Assembly (NCBI GenBank): GCA_964016885.1
Contig: OZ024754.1
Span: forward strand, 41,664,001-41,728,000
DNA: 64,000 nucleotides
Source: Eledone cirrhosa
Lineage: Eukaryota
Direction of reading: 5' to 3'
A program made the translations under genes and the position numbers. This document shows positions 57,724-64,000 of this stretch, piece after piece. The stretch's first letter is position 1. Every line of letters starts with the position of its first letter. A model generated the notes under the pieces. That model saw only the letters and a list, made by a program, of their open reading frames with translations, had not been told where the DNA came from and did no database searches.

Positions 57724-58264
57724 CTCTATGGTCCCCCCCCCCCATTTACTCTCAACCTACTTCCCCCTCTCTCAACCCACTACGCCCCTCTCTCAAGCCC
57801 CTAGCCCCCTCTCTCAAACCCCTACCCCTCTCTCTCAAACCCCTACTACCTCCCCTCCACCAACCCACTACCTTTTCAATATTTAGTTCATGTCAATTCT
57901 AATATTTCATACAGAACTCTACAAAGACAAAACAAAGTTGTTTTCAAACAGAGTTGAATAAATAAGTTTGAAGATATGAAGGAATCTGTTTTTTCTCCAG
58001 TGTCCTGCCTGAAACGTTAGAATGTATAACATATAGACTTATCTTATATGCTGCCAACTGAGCGTAGAAGATGATTTCCAAATTCTCAAGTTAAAATGTA
58101 GATTTTGGTCTATATTTGCCACACAAGATGACTGCCCCATTCCCTTCCTCCTCTAAATCACATTTTAACATTACTGCTGTTTTTTGGTTCAGCGTCATTG
58201 AAAAATTATAGTGGCAGATTGTCAACTAATTACCACAATTCACAGTATCTCGTGATTGGTTATT

Positions 58265-58662
58265 GTGATTTTGGTGGGTTACTAGTACAGTCTGTAATTT
58301 TGGTAGGTTACTAGTACAGTCTGTAATTTTGGTGGGTTACTAGTACAGTCTGTAATTTTGGTAGGTTACTAGTACAGTCTGTAATTTTGGTAGGTTACTA
58401 GTACAGTCTGTAATTTTGGTGGGTTACTAGTACAGTCTGTAATTTTGGTAGGTTACTAGTACAGTCTGTAATTTTGGTGGGTTACTAGTACAGTCTGTAA
58501 TTTTGGTAGGTTACTAGTACAGTCTGTGATTTTGGTAGGTTACTAGTACAGTCTGTGATTTTGGTAGGTTACTAGTACAGTCTGTAATTTTGGTGGGTTA
58601 CTAGTACAGTCTGTGATTTTGGTAGGTTACTAGTACAGTCTGTGATTTTGGTAGGTTACTAG
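58265..58662. repeat. 29-bp minisatellite (TTTTGGTAGGTTACTAGTACAGTCTGTAA)n
   Basis: About 13.5 copies. Confidence 0.96.
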
Positions 58663-59456
58663 CATTGCACAGGCATGCACACCCTTAATGTAGTTTTCTA
58701 GGATATTCTATGTGACACAGAATGTGACAAGGCTGGCCCCTTCAAATTACAGGTACAACTCAGTTTTGCCAGCTGAGTGGACAGTGGAGCAACATGAAAT
58801 AAAGTGTCTTGTTCAAGGACACAATGCGGCACAGAGAATCAAACTCACAACCTTATGGCTGTAAGCCGATTACCTAACCATAAAGCCACACCCTTTCACA
58901 GACACACACATACACACATACACACATACACACACATACACATGTACATGCATGTGTGTGTGTGTGTGTGTGTGTGTAATATTTCTTTGTCCTTTCCTTT
59001 CATGTGGAATATTTGCAGTAGACATCATATGACTGTTATAACAGTTAAATAGCAGTATTTTACTAGTGAAAAGGTTATTTACAACCAGTCTGTAGTAATT
59101 AGTCTACTGTACATTGTACCCTAAATTAGAAATGTCTAACATAGCAGTATTATACCAGTGTAGTTATCTGAAAAGGTTATTTTACAGCCAGTCTGTAGTA
59201 ATTAGTCTACTGTACATTGTGTCCTAAATAAGAAATTATGATGTTAGATACTGAAAAAAAATCCATATTGTTAACTACATAAACCATCTCCATCGGTAAT
59301 CAGTATGGTTTTTGTTTTTATTTATTTTATTCCTTTGGATAGATAAGTTATTTTTGTTCTAAGGCCAAAGTTTGTTTTACAGTGTTGTCATATCGTCATT
59401 ATCATTGTCATCAGTGTTTTTACTTCCACGATGGCATGGGTTTTCAGTTTTTTTAA

Positions 59457-59677
59457 CCCTTTAGCATTTAAACCGGCCATATCAGGCCAGAATTCTCTCA
59501 CCTCTTTCTGTTCAAACCAGCCACAAATGGCTGCCTATACTTATGTTAAGGTATTGTTCTCAAAATAAATAATATCAAAATCTCATAGATTCGATATTAT
59601 GTGAGACAATTATGCAAGATAAAGCCTTTACCATGAAAATATAAGAGTAAATATAGAGTAATGTAAATGGTAAAGGG
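59457..59677. mobile_element. piggyBac-like MITE
   Basis: TTAA|CCCTTTAGCATTTAAACCGGCC ... TAAAGGG|TTAA. Confidence 0.78.
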
Positions 59678-61049
59678 TTAATGTTCCTCTGGTTAGATAT
59701 AATGTCGTGGGTTCGATTCCTGGGCTGGGTTGTGCTCTTGAGCAAAACACTTCATTTCACGTTGCTCCAGTATACTACTCAGCTGAAAGTGAGTACTAGC
59801 AATAACTTGGGGGTTTAACCTTGCGATTGACTGGTGTCCTGTCCAGGGGAGGAAGTCTTGTACCTCAGTCGCTTCATGCCACAAAACCAGGATAAGTGCC
59901 AGCTTGACGAGCCTGCTGGCTTCAGACAGACTTTAGACTCTTTGAAGTGTAGTGTAACTAAGATTCTTACATAAAACTATGATGAAAGGTTTTTAGATAA
60001 ATATAAAACCCTTAGAATTGACAGCTTAGTATCATAAAACCAGGGGTATTTTCATGCAGTTTAGTATCAGCAGAGTTGTAGTATATCTTGTTAATATTTT
60101 ATTGTATGAAATGTTCCAAGAGTAGAGGTGAGTTTTGGCAATATGGGTAGGGCCCTTCATGTATCATAGAGAACCAGAGATGTTAGAATTGTTTGAAGGA
60201 TTTTCTCTTTCATACATATTTAGTAAAGCCAGTACAATTCCTGTGTTGTGCATAGAAGAGCAAGATTGATATAAATAATTTTGTTTGTGAGGCATTTTTT
60301 AAGTGCAGTTAAGCAAGCTTATTAGCAGTGCAATTTATTAGAGTATTTCTGAGTTACACTAAATGTTATGTTGTGGACTGAATTATTTATATCAATCTTT
60401 TTGCTGCCTAAATATATGGGAAATTCCTTTTAACCTTTTCATTTATTATATCATATTCTTCCCCTAAGCTGTCAAAACAAAGATCACCCACCTACCTAAT
60501 TTAGATGTATGAAGAAGAAGAAGAAGAAGAATCTAGTTCACTGTGCTTTCACTTCTATTATTTCTTCTTCCAATACATATCTGGCACTTAGTTTCAACCA
60601 CTAATGATACTACTGTCATTATTTTTCTCTTCCTCTTGTAAATACTTATGTAAAGTTGTTACATTCACTATCAGCAAAGTATTTTCTTTTCATTTGACCT
60701 TAACTTCACCATCCTACCTACCTCAAAAGCCTTCTCTCCAGATTCTTATCGTTTCTCTTAACTGTTACATTTAAAAAAATAAAAAACCCAAACACTTTAT
60801 TAAAAACTCTATACACAGCCTATCATAATTAACACTTAACTGTGTGCTGGATTGGCAGAAGTGGTAGAATGTCAGTAAAAAAGGTGATTCTTTACATTGA
60901 GTTCAAATCCTGCAATGATTAACTTTGTCTTTCATATATCCAGGGTTGGTAAAATAAAGTACCAGTAAAGTACTGGGCTTCGATATAGTTGACTTTATTC
61001 TTCCCGAATTTTCCTTATATAAAATGATGTTGAAAGATCTTAATTTAAA

Positions 61050-61829
61050 TAGGGACCCTTTAAAATTGTTTCACAGAACCAGAGGTGGTTTTGGCTAGGT
61101 TGTTATTGAAAGGGTTAAATTGGGACCCTTTAAAATGTGTGGTTTTGTTTCATAGAACCAGAGCTGGTTTTCGTTGGGTTGGTAACTAAAGGGTTAAATG
61201 GGGACCCTTTAAAATGGATGGGTTTGTTTCATAGAACCAGAGCTGGTTTTGGTTGGGCTGGTAACTAAAGGGTTAAATTGGGACCCTTTAAAATGGATGG
61301 GTTTGTTTCATAGAACCAGAGCTGGTTTTGGTTGGGCTGGTAACTAAAGGGTTAAATTGGGACCCTTTAAAATGTGTGGTTTTGTTTCATAGAACCAGAG
61401 CTGGTTTTGGCTGGGTTGGTAACTAAAGGGTTAAATGGGGACCCTTTAAAATGGATGGGTTTGTTTCATAGAACCAGAGCTGGTTTTCGTTGGGTTGGTA
61501 ACTAAAGGGTTAAATGGGGACCCTTTAAAATGGATGGGTTTGTTTCATAGAACCAGAGCTGGTTTTGGTTGGGCTGGTAACTAAAGGGTTAAATTGGGAC
61601 CCTTTAAAATGGATGGGTTTGTTTCATAGAACCAGAGCTGGTTTTGGTTGGGCTGGTAACTAAAGGGTTAAATTGGGACCCTTTAAAATGTGTGGTTTTG
61701 TTTCATAGAACCAGAGCTGGTTTTGGCTGGGTTGGTAACTAAAGGGTTAAATGGGGACCCTTTAAAATGGATGGGTTTGTTTCATAGAACCAGAGCTGGT
61801 TTTGGTTGGGCTGGTAACTAAAGGGTTAA
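61050..61829. repeat. 79-bp minisatellite, about 10 copies, each ending AAAGGGTTAA
   Basis: GGGACCC at 61122, 61201, 61280 etc. Confidence 0.95.
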
Positions 61830-62283
61830 TAACAAAGAGATGATATTTCTTTTATGTTATTTCGTTCCTCCACTTTCCCTTTATTGAATCTTTTATATAT
61901 ATATATTCAATATTTTTACTTACATAAGAAATTGGAAAACTTTTCTTTGCATTTTCAAATCACTTAAAATGATTTTCGTTTAATCACAGGAGATGGAAAA
62001 CCTGTTAGAAAAAGATTCTATGATTATAAAAAGTTGTAAAGCAGTATTGTCATTGATTTGTGGAATTATGATTTTGTGTGTGTGCGGGGAGGGGATTTAT
62101 CTTCTATTTATGCCTGAAGAGGTTTGATAAATTTATTCATTGCACATAAATGTGGATGAAAAACATACTTTACTATATATAAATATATATTAAATCAAAA
62201 GTAGGATGATATATATATATATATAAAATAAACACATCAAACAATTACAGGGAATAATTTGTAGTATATATAATCCTCGTTCT

Positions 62284-62317
<34 letters not shown>

Positions 62318-62789
62318 CTACTACTAAAACTCTGTGATTGTGTGCTTGTCTGTAATTTAATACAGCCAAAACGGCGCAAAATGGGGAAATACTTTGATAG
62401 GAAGTTGCCCCTAAAATGGGCATGTAGTTACAACCCTTTATGTTCTGAGTTAAAATCTCGTGGAGGTTAACTTTGATGTTAATGAGAGCAAACTTTTCCT
62501 TACAGAGTCAATAAAATAAAGTACCAGTAATGCACTGGAATCAATTTAATTGACTCTCCCATTCAACTAAAAAATGGTTGGCCATGTACCTAAATCAGAA
62601 ACCATATTTATCATTAAAAAGACACAAACTTCTATAATTTTATATAAGAATCATTGTTCCAAACCCCAGCTTAATGAGAAAGTTCTTTTATTAAATTCTA
62701 CCAGATTCTTGCCTATTTTCAAAATCTTATACAGTGTCTTTCATTCCAAATATGGAAGAGAAAAAGTTAAACTTGACAGTAATATAGTA

Positions 62790-63950
62790 ACAGCAATAAA
62801 CAGTAGCAGTAACAGCAACAACAGTAACAACAACCACAATAACAATTACAGCAATAACAGCTACAGTAACAACAGCTACAGTAACAACAGTAACAGCAGC
62901 AACAACAGTAACAGCTACAGCAATAACAGCTACAGCAATAACAGCTACAGCAATAACAGCTACAGCAATAACAGCAACAGCAATAACAGCAACAGTAACA
63001 ATAACAGCTACAGTAACAACAACAGCTACAGCAATAACAGCAACAGCAATAACAGCTACAGCAATAACAGCTACAGCAATAACAGCTACAGCAATAACAG
63101 CTACAGCAATAACAGCTACAGCAATAACAGCTACAGCAATAACAGCTACAGTAACAACAGCTACAGTAACAACAATAACAGCTACAGTAACAACAGCTAC
63201 AGTAACAACAATAACAGCAACAACAATAACAGCAACAGCAATAACAGCTACAGCAATAACAGCTACAGCAATAACAGCTACAGCAATAACAGCTACAGCA
63301 ATAACAGCTACAGTAACAACAGCTACAGTAACAACAATAACAGCTACAGTAACAACAGCTACAGTAACAACAATAACAGCAACAACAATAACAGCAACAG
63401 CAATAACAGCTACAGCAATAACAGCTACAGCAATAACAGCTACAGCAATAACAGCTACAGCAATAACAGCTACAGCAATAACAGCTACAGCAATAACAGC
63501 TACAGCAATAACAGCTACAGCAATAACAGCTACAGCAATAACAGCAACAGCAATAACAGCAACAGCAATAACAGCTACAGCAGCAATAACAGTAACAGCA
63601 GCAATAACAGTAACAGCAGCAACAACAGTAACAACAGCTACAGCAATAACAGCAACAGCAGCAGTAACAACAGCAACAACAGTAACAACAGCAATAACAG
63701 CTACAGCAATAACAGTAACAGCAGCAGTAACAACAGCAACAACAGTAACAACAGCAATAACAGCTACAGCAATAACAGCTACAGCAATAACAGCTACAGC
63801 AATAACAGCTACAGCAATAACAGCTACAGCAATAACAGCTACAGCAATAACAGCTACAGCAATAACAGTTACAGCAATAACAGCTACAGCAATAACAGCT
63901 ACAGCAATAACAGTAACAGCAGCAACAACAGTAACAGCAGCAATAACAGT
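62790..63950. repeat. 15-bp/trinucleotide-based repeat (AATAACAGCTACAGC)n
   Basis: Directly visible; produces the Ser/Asn/Tyr and poly-Cys pseudo-ORFs. Confidence 0.95.
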
Positions 63951-64000
63951 TACTGGTTATCAACAAGTTGTTACTACGACTTCCTTTGTGGTGTCTAGGC

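Noticed and set aside
62574-63998. 474-aa Ser/Asn/Tyr ORF and antisense poly-Cys ORF
   Set aside because: Open only because the 15-bp repeat lacks stops in those frames; the N-terminus derives from a SINE tail

Overview
AT-rich eukaryotic DNA, very rich in repeats. The tRNA-derived SINE types and huge (TA)n/(TG)n tracts suggest an octopus-like coleoid cephalopod (inference). No complete protein-coding gene can be supported, and nearly all ORFs in the track are microsatellite or minisatellite artefacts. Recognisable content: decayed RTE, L1/Tx1-type and RLE-type LINE fragments, a mariner remnant, a Helitron helicase fragment, hAT and piggyBac-like MITEs, many SINEs, more than ten minisatellites, two promoter-like islands and a few weak exon candidates. 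The main hidden signal is that the short unique islands inside the (TA)n tracts are mostly non-coding elements carrying hammerhead ribozyme (HHR) motifs, about 15 loci from several unrelated families. They usually form palindromes, show compensatory base changes, and share a GAG(T/C)(A/G)CY motif near the 3' end, consistent with Penelope-like (PLE) pLTR fragments or retrozymes. Two cases stand out: a seamless 591-nt tandem/circularly permuted HHR unit (26.4-27.8 kb), and a family (34.15, 40.65, 49.3-49.7 kb) whose hammerhead core strands occur in a non-canonical, pseudoknotted order. All folds were read by eye and no activity is demonstrated.
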